Counted from the first letter of the stretch, positions 29,701 to 39,485 are shown. The stretch: 64,000 bases of DNA from Candidatus Hydrogenedentota bacterium (GCA_045863335.1 BTVY01000040.1:1-64000); one strand, 5' to 3'. Notes: a model not told the origin generated them from the letters alone. Numbers and translations: made by a program.

Positions 29701-30383
29701 GCGGGCAATTCAAATGGCGGCAAGTCTTCCAGGGGCTGGCCTTGAAATCCTCCCCGACGCAACTTGTCGAGGATGCGCTGCAATCCCTGGGCGTCGCTCA
29801 GGATCATGCGCAACGCGGGATACTGGACGCGCAACTTGTGCAATGCTTCGAGGAGCCGGCCGGCTTCGTCTTCGGCCCACTCGCCCATGAGCGTATCCAG
29901 GAACGCCGGCAACTCGTCGATCATCAGCACCGGACAATCCGCCGCCCCCTTCTCCATGAGAATCCCGCAGGTCTTCGTGAGCACGGCTTCCCAGTCCGCT
30001 TCCAAACCCAGCTCGGCGCTACTTGCGACAGTAGCCGGACGCTGCGTATACCAGCGCCGCACTTGCTCTTCCCAAGAATCAGGAACGAAGCTGTGTTTGT
30101 GCAAGTGGCGGGTAAGCTCCCAGACGAATTCGCGCAGACTGCGGCACGCGCCCGCGTTGAACAGGGTGGGGCCTGCCCATTCCGGCCGCATGGCCAAAGC
30201 CAGGTTCAGGAACCAAGTTTTGCCGATGCGGCGGGGAGCAGACAGACGGGTGCTCCCCGATTTCACCTGCACCCACAGCGCCTCAACGAGTTCGTCCCGG
30301 CCAATTACCTGCGCGGGCGCGGAGCTTTCGTCGACGGCGCCCGCCTTGACGCTGAGTTCCCTAAATTCTTGAGAGGTAGGCAT
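26763..30383 (-). CDS. Double P-loop NTPase (STAND-like) with winged HTH and TPR repeats
   Basis: NTPase 1: IGRD, APRRIGKT, LMIDE. NTPase 2: GPAGSGKS, VVALEG, SGGNCR. wHTH VTELARYMFLTPQAVSRQLQEL...YELSDPL; C-terminal TPRs. Confidence 0.78.
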   Translation of the reverse strand: MPTSQEFRELSVKAGAVDESSAPAQVIGRDELVEALWVQVKSGSTRLSAPRRIGKTWFLNLALAMRPEWAGPTLFNAGACRSLREFVWELTRHLHKHSFVPDSWEEQVRRWYTQRPATVASSAELGLEADWEAVLTKTCGILMEKGAADCPVLMIDELPAFLDTLMGEWAEDEAGRLLEALHKLRVQYPALRMILSDAQGLQRILDKLRRGGFQGQPLEDLPPFELPALSPADARYLAGCLLLGEQVPCTDIHAVAGAVAEACKSVPSAIRNTVDWMARFAESPWSPDRVSEIPSTRDLEEDDRAEPGTLEEHISLFGPEDLVQPEPDSAPALGSASDHLANRGFATLFPFSLDAVADESALVRHRLTGEPLNDPENRSIVAGPLAERGTGDPLDPANRSFDWLEATLSAPHRKVVMDVRTALARGVQSGAPHHIILAGPAGSGKSHTLAVLAKGFAKGLGLSGRPRKIIYLTGSEQVADSPFDLLLACMQAENSANERLRARLDAAAPENRFDELMAAFRERFGNQCTVVALEGLGTLLRNWNKAALESLRLFLDRHPSVILLGTTGSEPLDTGRFHGWLRERFRSCVMPALAAESSRDLLCSLATARGDRGLAAALREPQRTGVVQTIHTLSGGNCRVLASLDRCLSVKGLSALVEPVLQMTRGDLAPAYERRIGDRPPQQYKILQALAEHQGRAVNVTELARYMFLTPQAVSRQLQELFRAGFLVRTQVGREICYELSDPLIRFVLDFKHGRDTALPLLVRVTRRWCEVDRLGRSEDRGFPFVEAFRFESLVDVTFAMGASDDSPAAVVALVPDAGQQVEKRCERIASRQLSLGSPELRNSEMERQICALGEETETGFAMIFRAGGLFAQDRNYDGLAALDDWLRSSAAAKMTATNQMMAHAMRVYALLMLGRYDGAAAAAESVLRLTGLPDTPAVRECLAMTRINQGVAYLKLARFDDAATAFDEVVQQCNPVQLPEMIAAALLNRAAALERLNRFAEAMAALDLVSEQYRRAVHGNLRFVAATARVAKAALLERLGQLEEAVAACDDALVIRPGHSRALVMRALFLSQAGVEGELFRAVEAAVTATEPAQAERAILAAGLFERMTGTEATVQVAAAIFGRDRTSLLHGLILWTQRQLGVSEMDIRGTERRLHTLRGIFDDDAEATLVLTMADTVARIKQGDARAALDLPVELRRLIAGGKG

Positions 30384-30687
30384 GCCATTCTTTCCCCGCA
30401 GTCAGCCCAAGTCATCGCCCAGAGAAAGACTTCAAAATTTGCCCCGATTCTCACGCAAGCCCTTGGAGAATCTAGGGTAAATGCCCCTTTCGAGGCGCGG
30501 CATGGTAGCAACCGTTTACAGGTTCGTCAAGAACAAAACGAGGGTGTAATTCATTGATAGAGCACAAAATAGATGACAGTTGAAATGGTGCACCACCATC
30601 TATTGGGGAGGCGAAGTTCAACTCGGTCAGTCGAGTCGGGCGAGCACCAGACGGATCGGACCGATCGGTCCGGTCCGTTCGATCCCT

Positions 30688-31269
30688 TCAAAACCACTTG
30701 GTTCCCGCCGGGGTCGGTTCCCATCGCTCCAAGACATCCAGCACATCTTGGGGCTCGTCAACGAAACGGTACAACCCACGGGATATGGGTTTCGCAAAAT
30801 GGTGCTCGTACAGATATTCGAAGAATGCGCGAAGGTGTGCGTAGAATCCAGCCGTGTTCAGAAATACAAGCGGTTTGTCGTGGAAGCGAAGTTGCTTAAG
30901 TGTAAGCACTTCAATAATTTCCTCCACCGTTCCGTAGCCGCCCGGCAGGGCTACGAAAGCGTCGGCATAGGATTCCATGATCGCCTTGCGCTCGCGGAGA
31001 TCCTTGGTCACGATCATCTCGTCGGCTTCCGTGTAGGCGAGTTCCAGATCGCGGAGCGCCGACGGGATTACGCCGATGACTTTGCTGCCGCCGTCGTGGA
31101 CCGATCGCGCCAGGGCGCCCATGAGCCCCACGTTCCCGCCGCCGTAGACGAGGGTCAAGCGCTGGCTCGCCATCAGCCTGCCCAACTCACGGGCGGCATC
31201 GAAATACACCGGCGCGACGGCGTCGCTCGATGAGCAGAATACGCAGATTGAACGGTATGAAATGGTCAC
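30688..31269 (-). CDS. LOG family nucleotide phosphoribohydrolase (TIGR00730)
   Basis: ICVFCSS, LVYGGGNVGLMG, RERK, LPGGYGTVEE; GTG 31269 with RBS GGAGA. Confidence 0.92.
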   Translation of the reverse strand: MTISYRSICVFCSSSDAVAPVYFDAARELGRLMASQRLTLVYGGGNVGLMGALARSVHDGGSKVIGVIPSALRDLELAYTEADEMIVTKDLRERKAIMESYADAFVALPGGYGTVEEIIEVLTLKQLRFHDKPLVFLNTAGFYAHLRAFFEYLYEHHFAKPISRGLYRFVDEPQDVLDVLERWEPTPAGTKWF

Positions 31270-31286
31270 TACGATGTCTCCGAAAT

Positions 31287-32249
31287 TCAAGACTTCTTCA
31301 TGAGATCTTCCAGTTGGCGCGGCGTGATGCGCCGGTGTGACTGGATGTGCGCCCGGGCCGCAATTGTTGACGGTAACGCGGCCCCAAGCGACAATCCCGC
31401 GCCAATGAGCACTCCGAAGGCTCGCGCCAGGCCGAATTCCGCACGTGCTGAAGAAAGCAGGCGGCGGGTCTGGTTGATGCGCTCCCCAACAATCGCCCCA
31501 AGGTGCCGCCGGATGAGCGACGCAGGGAAGTTCCGCAACACGAGCAAGGCGTGGTTGCGCCAGCACTGCCGCGACCGCCACCACGTCTTGCCGCCGAGGC
31601 TAGCCGAACCCACATGCCAGGCCAGGGCTTCCGGCACCAATTGCGCGTCGAATCCCGCGAGCCGCGCGCGCAGGTTCAGGTCGCTGTCTTCGAAATATGC
31701 GACGAAGCGTTCCTCCAGAAGCCCCACGCGATCAAATACCGCGCGCCGGTACAACCCGGCTCCCGCTGAGACGCCAAATATGCGCAGCGGCAGTTCGAAG
31801 GCGTCGCGCCTGCACCGGAACCCGATGCTTTCGGGCCGGCCATTTACGCGCTGGAGGTCGCCCGCGCCGTACACGATGTCCGGGTCGTCCCGGAAAAAGA
31901 CCAGGGGAGCGAACAAGGCGGCATCGCTCGATGCGGCCGCCGCACAGAGTTTCTCCAGACAGTCCGGCGCGAGCGTCATGTCATTGTTGAGTAGAAAGAT
32001 CAGATCGCCTTTCGCTGCGCGAATACCCGCGTTCACGGCCACACAAAAACCGGAGTTGCAGTCCAATCGGATGACGCGTACGCCGGGATGATCGTTCGCG
32101 AGGAAGGCAGTCGTCTCATCGGTCGAGCCGTCGTCGACCACGACGATCTCGTCTGCGGGGCGCGTCTGCCGGCGCAACGACGCAAGGCACTCCGCAAGTA
32201 TCTCGCGGCCGTTCCACGTAGGGATCACGATGGACAGCGTGGCGCTCAT
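31287..32249 (-). CDS. Glycosyltransferase family 2
   Basis: SIVIPTWNG, VVDDGSTD, LLNND, YFEDSDL. Confidence 0.92.
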   Translation of the reverse strand: MSATLSIVIPTWNGREILAECLASLRRQTRPADEIVVVDDGSTDETTAFLANDHPGVRVIRLDCNSGFCVAVNAGIRAAKGDLIFLLNNDMTLAPDCLEKLCAAAASSDAALFAPLVFFRDDPDIVYGAGDLQRVNGRPESIGFRCRRDAFELPLRIFGVSAGAGLYRRAVFDRVGLLEERFVAYFEDSDLNLRARLAGFDAQLVPEALAWHVGSASLGGKTWWRSRQCWRNHALLVLRNFPASLIRRHLGAIVGERINQTRRLLSSARAEFGLARAFGVLIGAGLSLGAALPSTIAARAHIQSHRRITPRQLEDLMKKS

Positions 32250-32992
32250 CGGTTTGGCTCCACCCATACGATCGCCCGGTAGCACGGACCGAAATGCATG
32301 CGGCACAACAGCGGCGTCATCCAGCGCAACAGCACTTGGAACGCGGCATTGCCCCGGCCCGGCCAGCCGCACATCAACACGCGCCACGTCCAGGTCCACG
32401 TACGCAGATTGGCGTTCTTCCGGATCGCGACTGCGTATTCTTCACCGCAGGATTCGGAAAACCGTTGCGCGATCGACTCGGCATCGGGCAGAGCATTCGC
32501 GGTATGCTCCTCGAGCCATTTAATTGTACGCCCGCAGAAGCGACGGTAGTCTTCGCGGATCCGCGCCTCCGCGCAGGCGGACTCGGCGCCCGATGGAAAG
32601 CCGACGGCCATCGCGCCGGAGGTCACGCGGACGATTTCACGCACGGCCGCATCACGCGATTGCCCATCCACGTGTTCAAAGGTGTCCATGCACACGGTGG
32701 CCGCAAACGCGTCCGGCGCGAAAGGCAGCGCCGTACAGTCGGCAAGCACGGGCAGCACGTCTTGCGTCGCGCGCGCCGCCACGACGTGATCCCGTGCGAT
32801 GTCCACGACAACAGTACGCCTGTGCGCAAATCGCGCGAGTCCGTTTTCGTTGGCGCCGATCTCGAGCACGGGTTTCGCGGTGTGCAGATATGGCTGTAAC
32901 CAGCGCACGACCGGCACGTAACGCACCGCCCAATCGGGATACCCCCGGCCGTCCTTTTCCGCGTACGCGCGTAGTCGTTCTCCGAAGGTCAT
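32246..32992 (-). CDS. Class I SAM-dependent methyltransferase
   Basis: VLEIGANENG, ADCTALPFAPDAF, DTFEHV; overlaps the GT2 start. Confidence 0.82.
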   Translation of the reverse strand: MTFGERLRAYAEKDGRGYPDWAVRYVPVVRWLQPYLHTAKPVLEIGANENGLARFAHRRTVVVDIARDHVVAARATQDVLPVLADCTALPFAPDAFAATVCMDTFEHVDGQSRDAAVREIVRVTSGAMAVGFPSGAESACAEARIREDYRRFCGRTIKWLEEHTANALPDAESIAQRFSESCGEEYAVAIRKNANLRTWTWTWRVLMCGWPGRGNAAFQVLLRWMTPLLCRMHFGPCYRAIVWVEPNR

Positions 32993-32996
32993 AGCT

Positions 32997-34790
32997 TCAT
33001 CGCTCCGGCACCCCGACTTCATAGATCTCGACAACTTCTGCACCTTCGGCACGCGGGCGGTCGATTTCCATGCGGGTGAGTAGCGTGAAGTGCCTGGCAT
33101 CGGCTCGCCACTCGTTCAGCACTTCGAGCAGACCCGTCTCGCGAAACGCCGGCGATTCGATCACGTAGGCTTCCGGGTAGAAGAGATAGCGGATGTCATG
33201 GGCGCGAAGCCAATCCAAACGTTCGTCAGCGTCCATGCCTACCAGTGGCTTCAGGGCCTCGAAGTTCACGAACGTTGAATTGTCCAGATAGTACCCGCGC
33301 GGGTCGAGAGTCAAGACAGTGCCTTCCGTATCGAGGTGCTCGTTCGCCCACACGAAGGCCGGGTAACGCTCGATACGCTCTGAAAGAAATGCGTCGCGCG
33401 ATGCCATCCCCACGGCGGCAGGAATCCGAATGACCGTCATGGCCGCACCGGGCGCGAGGCCGATCCCGTAGCCAAGCAGCAAGATAATCAGGAGCACTGG
33501 GTGAAACCGTTTCGCACGAACGACGGCGAGGGCCGCGACCACCGCCATCGGAGCGAAGAAAGGAAGCAAATAGCGCGCGAAGCGGCGGAAGAAATACATG
33601 GCGGAGATACCGAGCCCGCTGAACAGACCCAAACGGCGCGCCTCCCGGCCTCCAACAAACAAACCGGGGACGCCCAGCACGAGAACCAGAATCCCGGGGG
33701 AACTCGTCCATCCACCATACCGGAGCGGATCGAGGATGACACGAAACGGAAACAGCACAAGACCGAGGAGTGTCGTTCCCTGAATGGACGAGTGCGACAG
33801 GAGCGACGCGGGATCGACGTCGGGCAAGTCCCCCGTGCCGAAGAGGGACGCGAAGAACGGGTAGAGCGGATTGCCCGTCACGAAGGCGCTCCGCATGGCC
33901 CAAGGCATGGCGGCGACAACCGCCGCGCATGCGAACGTAAACGCCGCCCGAAAACGCCGTTCATGTGCGCCGGCGAGGATGAAGGGGAGAAGCAGTGCAA
34001 CTACCAAATACCCCGTGTGGCGGATCCCGCATCCGGCCCCGGCCGCGATACCCGCAAGCAGCAGCCATCCGGTGTCTTCTTGTTTTCGCCACGCCGTCAG
34101 GGCGTGCCACGCGGCGAGCACGGTGACGGTAAACGCCAGGTCAAGCGACGGCGCTCCCGCCTGGTCCGTAAATATGGGAGTAGTCGCAATGATCGCTGCG
34201 GCGACAAGGCCGCACTTGCGGCCGGCCAGTCGCGCGCCCAGGGCGTACGCCATTCCACAGGCGAGGACGCCGAAGGTCCAACTAACCAGCGATACGTCCC
34301 GTTCCCCGCCGAGGTAGGCGACGGCGTATAGGGCGTGCATCAAATGCGGATACGCGGCGTAGTTGTTACCGGCTATCAACCCGATGCGGCCGTTGCGCAC
34401 GTAGTCCGCGGGCAACGCGATGTGAGCGACCCCGGCATCCCAACCGGTCACCGGGGCGAGGGCGCAAATGAAGGCGAATCCGCAACCGGCAAGAGTTGCG
34501 GCCCAGGACACCCATTCCACCCAATCCAACGGCTCGGAGCCGGGAGAGCGAAACCTCCACGCGCGCGCATCCCGCCCGGAGAGCGCAGCACCGCCGACCG
34601 CGGCAATGGCCACCACCCACCACGCGGCGGAAAGCGACACGCATCCGATAATCAGTGTTAGCAAAGCAACCGTCACGAGGCCCAGCAGCATCCGGTACAG
34701 GGCCGACTCGAAAAGCGTCCGCATAGGCGCGAGCCATGGAGCCCACGTGCCCAATGCATAGGCGGCGAACAGAAGCAGCAGTGTGGTCAT
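32997..34790 (-). CDS. GT-C fold membrane glycosyltransferase (ArnT/GT39-like)
   Basis: More than 12 TM helices, PVTGWDAGVAH, TGNPLYPF, RYLLP. Confidence 0.78.
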   Translation of the reverse strand: MTTLLLLFAAYALGTWAPWLAPMRTLFESALYRMLLGLVTVALLTLIIGCVSLSAAWWVVAIAAVGGAALSGRDARAWRFRSPGSEPLDWVEWVSWAATLAGCGFAFICALAPVTGWDAGVAHIALPADYVRNGRIGLIAGNNYAAYPHLMHALYAVAYLGGERDVSLVSWTFGVLACGMAYALGARLAGRKCGLVAAAIIATTPIFTDQAGAPSLDLAFTVTVLAAWHALTAWRKQEDTGWLLLAGIAAGAGCGIRHTGYLVVALLLPFILAGAHERRFRAAFTFACAAVVAAMPWAMRSAFVTGNPLYPFFASLFGTGDLPDVDPASLLSHSSIQGTTLLGLVLFPFRVILDPLRYGGWTSSPGILVLVLGVPGLFVGGREARRLGLFSGLGISAMYFFRRFARYLLPFFAPMAVVAALAVVRAKRFHPVLLIILLLGYGIGLAPGAAMTVIRIPAAVGMASRDAFLSERIERYPAFVWANEHLDTEGTVLTLDPRGYYLDNSTFVNFEALKPLVGMDADERLDWLRAHDIRYLFYPEAYVIESPAFRETGLLEVLNEWRADARHFTLLTRMEIDRPRAEGAEVVEIYEVGVPER

Positions 34791-34884
34791 GAACGGCGCG
34801 GATTTCCCCGGTTAACCTTCGGCTTGCCGCTGACAATACCACGGGAAATCAGGGAATGAAACTGAGACACCGGAAACGCGCGTG

Positions 34885-34943
34885 CAATTGTGGTGCAGGC
34901 TTCCAGCCTGCGAACCGGGCAGGCTGGGACCCTGCACCACAAT
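34885..34943. repeat. REP-like hairpin, family D (ATTGTGGTGCAGGCTTCCAGCCTGC...GCAGGCTGG..CCTGCACCACAAT)
   Basis: Nearly identical copy at 44683-44742. Confidence 0.8.
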
Positions 34944-34971
34944 AGACAGTCACGAGTTTCTCGGAGAGTGT

Positions 34972-35661
34972 TTACGGCACGTCGATACCGGAGATGCCGC
35001 CTTTGGTAAGGTTCGGATTGGGCAAGCCATCGTTGGCGGTGTTCAGTTCAGTCCAGTCGAGATACTCGACGTGTCCGTCAGCGAAGAGGTACAGCCGCTT
35101 ACCGCCTTCCGCGAACCAGCCTTCATCGGTTCCGAATGCGGCATGGTTGGCGTACCATTCGCCGACGAGAATCTTCTGGCTCGGATAGCGCACGGCGGAT
35201 TTCCGCTGGGGTATGGTTTCGACGGCGTTGGAGAAATTGTCGGATATATCGTCCATGACATCGATTTGCTCCGGCGAGTGGTAGAAGGCCATGGAATACG
35301 CGTACGAGGTGCTTTCGAAACTGGTCTCCGACCGCGGGTCGGTGGGACACCAGAAGACGCCCGGGTTTTCCTTGTCGCCGGGAATGTACTCGACGAGTTT
35401 CGTCCGCCAGCCACGGCCCATCCACAGCCAATAGAATGGGGAGAGACTAACGGGATCCTGCGCTGCCGGGTAGGTCTCGCGATTCTCCTGCACGTAGAGT
35501 TCGAAGGCAATCCCGATCTGGCGCAGGTTATTCGTGCACGAGGCGCGTTGCGCCGCTTCCCGCGCGCGCGACAGCGCAGGCAGCAAGAGGGCGGCCAGCA
35601 CGCCGATAATGCCGATGACCACCAATAGTTCGACCAATGTGAAACCGCAAGTTTTTCGCAT
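34972..35661 (-). CDS. Prepilin-type N-terminal methylation / DUF1559-type protein
   Basis: [46 protein letters not shown]. Confidence 0.9.
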   Translation of the reverse strand: MRKTCGFTLVELLVVIGIIGVLAALLLPALSRAREAAQRASCTNNLRQIGIAFELYVQENRETYPAAQDPVSLSPFYWLWMGRGWRTKLVEYIPGDKENPGVFWCPTDPRSETSFESTSYAYSMAFYHSPEQIDVMDDISDNFSNAVETIPQRKSAVRYPSQKILVGEWYANHAAFGTDEGWFAEGGKRLYLFADGHVEYLDWTELNTANDGLPNPNLTKGGISGIDVP

Positions 35662-35801
35662 GGTGTGCGTGTCAGAATTCGGGAAAAGTTTAGTGCCCGC
35701 TACAGATTGCTTGTTGGAGTTGCACCGGAAAGACCACGACCCGGCAGGTGAACGGATTCTATGGGCTAGGCGGGGGGAATAGCAAGTCCGGTCCCGGGCG
35801 G

Positions 35802-37448
35802 TCAGCTGGACTCGTCCGGAACGGGCAACCCGTAGACCTCGACCTCAACGTAGTGGTTAGTCTCGTCTGACGTGTTGCCGTTGCTGTAGAGCCGGACATA
35901 ACGTCCCGTGATGTTCTGGTCCAGCAAGGGGATCAACCGTCCTTCGTAAGTCTCTACGTATTCCTTGTCTTTCCCGGCACCCAGGCCGGACGAATCGTCA
36001 TGGTCGTTGTTGTAGACGGTCTGCACGTTCTCGGTGAACGCGGCATCGTCCGCGGTTTTCACGACCACGTCAAAATAAATGCGCTCGGCCGCGTGGAAGT
36101 GCCACACCACGATGGCATAAATGTCCGATACCTGTTCGAGGTCGATCTGCACCAACTGCACGCCGGTGTCGAGTTCGACGAGATAGTCCTGTTGGTACCC
36201 CTTTTCACCGTCCGTGACAAAGGCAAGCTTGCCATAGTCCGGATCGGGATCACTGCTCGTAACGTTCATATTCAGCGCCAGATTGAATGTGCCTGCAGGC
36301 ACCATCAAGGGTTCGCGGGGCTTGTAACTGCGTTCCTCTAGGTTTTCGCCGAAGTAGTCCAATGGCGTGCCGCCGAAATACGGTTGCGGCAACTCGAGCG
36401 GCAGGGGTATCTGCGGCCCATTCGGATCGACGACGCGGACGCGGTACTGATCCGCGCTGGGTGTCGCGCCTGAAGCGCCGCTCAACATGGGTTGCGCCGG
36501 CTTTTCTGCAGGTGTTTCGACTTCTTCGACGACAGGTGGCGGCGCGGGTTCCGGCTCCGGTTCCGGGTCGGGAACAGGAGCAGCTGCCTCGGGTTCAGGC
36601 AGGGGCTCCGGAACGACCGATTGCGGCTCGGGGCGCGACGGGGCGGGTGCCGGAGCCAAAACCTCCCGCACCATTGGGGCCTCACTCATCGGTTCCGCCA
36701 CCTCGCGCCGGACGAATGCGCCAGATACCAAGTAGCCCGCATAACCGATAGCGCAGACGGACAAACCGAGCACGGCGTATTTCACCGCCATGGCGCCCGC
36801 CACTGCGGTACCTGCCGGCACACCGGAGACGGCCATCTTGCCCGCGGAAGCGACCAGCGTGGCCGGCGCAGCCTCGGCGAGGTTCGCGGCAAGATCGGCC
36901 ACAAGCGCGGTGATCGCAATCGGGAATCCCCGCTGGCGCAGCACCTCGCGAACGCGTTCGACGCCTTTGCCTACACGGTGTGTGACGGTCTGGCGCGACA
37001 CGCCCAACCGCTCCGCCACGGACGCCTGGCTCTCGCCCAACATGAAATGGGCGACGACAACCTCGCGCAACTCGACCGGTAAATCCGCTATGGCCTCATC
37101 TACCAATGCTTCGATCTCGCGCCATTGAGTGACGGTTTCCGTGGGCTGAGTCTTGATGTAGCGCTGTTCACGGTCCCGGCGGCGACTCGACGCCTTAACC
37201 CGGTCGCGAGACTTGTTCACGGCGACGCGGTGAAGCCAGGCGGCAAGATTTGTGTGAGGCGGTACCTGCGTCTGGGCAAGGGTCAAGAGGCATTCCTGCG
37301 CGGCGTCCTCGGCATCGCCGCTGTCGCCGAGGACGCGGCGGCACGCGCCGTAGATCACACCCGCGTAACGCGCCGCGAGTTCCGCAAAGGCCTCCGCGTC
37401 GCGCTCGCGCGACCAACGCTCCAGCAAGGTCCAATCGTTCACAGCCAA
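35802..37448 (-). CDS. ECF sigma factor with TM helix, Pro/Glu linker and C-terminal discoidin-like domain
   Basis: [23 protein letters not shown], region 4 [12 protein letters not shown]; [19 protein letters not shown]; C-terminal VQIDL...GRYVRLY...EVEVYG. Confidence 0.85.
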   Translation of the reverse strand: MAVNDWTLLERWSRERDAEAFAELAARYAGVIYGACRRVLGDSGDAEDAAQECLLTLAQTQVPPHTNLAAWLHRVAVNKSRDRVKASSRRRDREQRYIKTQPTETVTQWREIEALVDEAIADLPVELREVVVAHFMLGESQASVAERLGVSRQTVTHRVGKGVERVREVLRQRGFPIAITALVADLAANLAEAAPATLVASAGKMAVSGVPAGTAVAGAMAVKYAVLGLSVCAIGYAGYLVSGAFVRREVAEPMSEAPMVREVLAPAPAPSRPEPQSVVPEPLPEPEAAAPVPDPEPEPEPAPPPVVEEVETPAEKPAQPMLSGASGATPSADQYRVRVVDPNGPQIPLPLELPQPYFGGTPLDYFGENLEERSYKPREPLMVPAGTFNLALNMNVTSSDPDPDYGKLAFVTDGEKGYQQDYLVELDTGVQLVQIDLEQVSDIYAIVVWHFHAAERIYFDVVVKTADDAAFTENVQTVYNNDHDDSSGLGAGKDKEYVETYEGRLIPLLDQNITGRYVRLYSNGNTSDETNHYVEVEVYGLPVPDESS

Positions 37449-37535
37449 AGCCGGGGGATTCCTTATCGTGTACTCACCCGGTTACCGCGAGGGCACGCCC
37501 TCGCACTCCATACTGTATTGTAATCGCTCGCGGGT

Positions 37536-38228
37536 CTATTCCTCGACAACGGGTATTCCGTAGACCTCGACTTCGCCGTAGTGATTGCGGTCGTCGACCG
37601 CGTTCCCGTTGGAATAGAGCCGGACATAGCGGGCCTGAACGCCCTTCGCGTCGATCAAACGCCCTTCGTTCGACTCGTAATACTCTTTGTCCTTTCCGAT
37701 GCCCAACCCGGCGGAATTGTCGAAGTCGTTGTTGTAGATGGTTTCCACGCCCGTCGCGAATTCCGCGTCATCCGAGGTCTTCACAACCACGTCAAAGTAC
37801 ACGTTCTCCCGGCTGTATTGGTGCCAAATCACGATGGCATAGATCGCACATACCTGGCCAAGATCGATCTGGACCCATTGCACCCCTGGATCGAGTTCCA
37901 CAGAGTCGCCGGGCTGGGGCCCCTTTTTGCCGTCTGTAATTTGCGTGAGCTTACCGTAGGTTGGGCTAACACAACTACTGCTTACCGGTTTACCCTCCGC
38001 CAGATTGGCCGCACCCGCGGGAGCCATGAACGGCGGACGCGGGGTGTAGACCCGCTCCTCGAGAAAGTCGGAGAAGTAGGTGATGGGCGTCCCGCCAAAA
38101 CTCGGTTCGGGTAGTTCGATGGGCAACGCCGACACGCCCGGCTCGGCTTCATCCGCTGTAGCCGCCGCTCCGTAAACCGCGAACGTGGCTATACCGAGCG
38201 CGAATCCAACAACTGCAAAGTTACGCAT
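37536..38228 (-). CDS. Secreted discoidin/F5-8-type-C-like protein, paralogue of the neighbouring ECF C-terminal domain
   Basis: Signal peptide from ATG 38228; NLAEGKPVSSS, ITDG, WVQIDLG, ARYVRLY, EVEVYG. Confidence 0.75.
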   Translation of the reverse strand: MRNFAVVGFALGIATFAVYGAAATADEAEPGVSALPIELPEPSFGGTPITYFSDFLEERVYTPRPPFMAPAGAANLAEGKPVSSSCVSPTYGKLTQITDGKKGPQPGDSVELDPGVQWVQIDLGQVCAIYAIVIWHQYSRENVYFDVVVKTSDDAEFATGVETIYNNDFDNSAGLGIGKDKEYYESNEGRLIDAKGVQARYVRLYSNGNAVDDRNHYGEVEVYGIPVVEE

Positions 38229-38348
38229 GATCGTGATCTCCAATGCTGGGACCGCCAGGTTGGTCATCCTCGCGGAAGGCGGGGACAGCCCGGCGCGTCT
38301 CACCCCATAGACGACGCCATGAACGATTCGGCCAATGTCGGTCACGCG

Positions 38349-39485
38349 CTACGTAGGAGGGTGCAACCGCGTGTCAAGCAGAAGCGACTGAAACGCAGGG
38401 AGATGGTGGGGGTCGGATTCGAAGTGGAACCAACCTTTTCGGCTACTCATCGAGAAGACTTTCGAGAACGTCTTCATCATGGTTGCCTGAATGCAGCCTG
38501 AACCGCGCACGGGATACACGGCAACCGCATCAGCGGCTGCGCAGACCCGCTCCGTCTCCGACATAGGACGCTTCAGACCGGGGCGCAGTCGCCGCAGGTG
38601 GGTGGTGAGGTCGTCTACGTGCGGACTTGCCGTGATGTACCAGCCTGGCGTGAGTTTGCGGTTTTGTCGATCCGACCGATCTGACTGATCGGTCCGATCG
38701 CTCCATGCACGCCTAAAGCGCGCGACAACCAGGTAGTTTCCTCGGTCCCGCGCTTCGGCATCGATGTATTCCCAGGGAATGGTCAAGAGCCTCGGTTTCC
38801 CTCGCAGCGCGATCGACTCCGACCACCGCAATGCCACCGGGAGGATGCGCAGGTCCTCGCGCACGGCGAGGAGCGTTCGGCTGAAGGCGAGGTCCGTGTG
38901 GTAATCGGGCATGAACCAGCGCGCCTTGGGCGAATGGACCAGAAACAAAACAACCGGCTTCGCCTCGGGTTGCGCGCGGCCGATGGCGGCAAGTTCCAGG
39001 AGATGACGGCGGCCGCGCTCCGTAACGGCATCGGGAAACATGGCGACGCGGTTGTGAAACAGCGTAACCGACTTCACTTCGGCCAACACGTCGCGGCCCT
39101 CCTCGCGCAGGAGAAAATCGAAGCGGCTGTGCCCTGCGCGGACTTCGCTGCGGACGACCTCCGCCTGCTCCAATCCCGGGATGCGACCCGCGCGCAACAG
39201 ATGCTCCGCGACGGCGTTGTTGACGTGGGTGTGCAGGAAGATCGAAGCGCCGTCGCGGTCCACGGCGAGGCAGGTGTAGCGCGTTTTGCGCGCGGTGTCG
39301 CGCCCATGATCAGTGAGATGGAGGCGCACGCCGGCCAACATAAGTTCCCCCATGCGCCCCGGATTCGGCATGAAGGCCTCGACCTTCCGCCCGTTTTCCA
39401 ACCGGCAGCGCACGAGGAAGCGATTGGGCCGCTCCAGGAAGGTCGCATGGATGACCGGTCCAAAGTTGAGCGGCTTCACGGTCAT
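38349..39485 (-). CDS. sfsA: DNA/RNA nuclease SfsA with C-terminal extension
   Basis: FLERPNRF, MPNPGRMGEL, SRFDFLL, EVKSVTL, FPDAVTERGRRHL. Confidence 0.9.
   Translation of the reverse strand: MTVKPLNFGPVIHATFLERPNRFLVRCRLENGRKVEAFMPNPGRMGELMLAGVRLHLTDHGRDTARKTRYTCLAVDRDGASIFLHTHVNNAVAEHLLRAGRIPGLEQAEVVRSEVRAGHSRFDFLLREEGRDVLAEVKSVTLFHNRVAMFPDAVTERGRRHLLELAAIGRAQPEAKPVVLFLVHSPKARWFMPDYHTDLAFSRTLLAVREDLRILPVALRWSESIALRGKPRLLTIPWEYIDAEARDRGNYLVVARFRRAWSDRTDQSDRSDRQNRKLTPGWYITASPHVDDLTTHLRRLRPGLKRPMSETERVCAAADAVAVYPVRGSGCIQATMMKTFSKVFSMSSRKGWFHFESDPHHLPAFQSLLLDTRLHPPT

Noticed and set aside
36462-36482. SGASGAT in the ECF linker as an ApbE flavinylation site
   Set aside because: Lacks the upstream Asp of DxxSGAT, lies in a low-complexity linker and is 15 kb from apbE.
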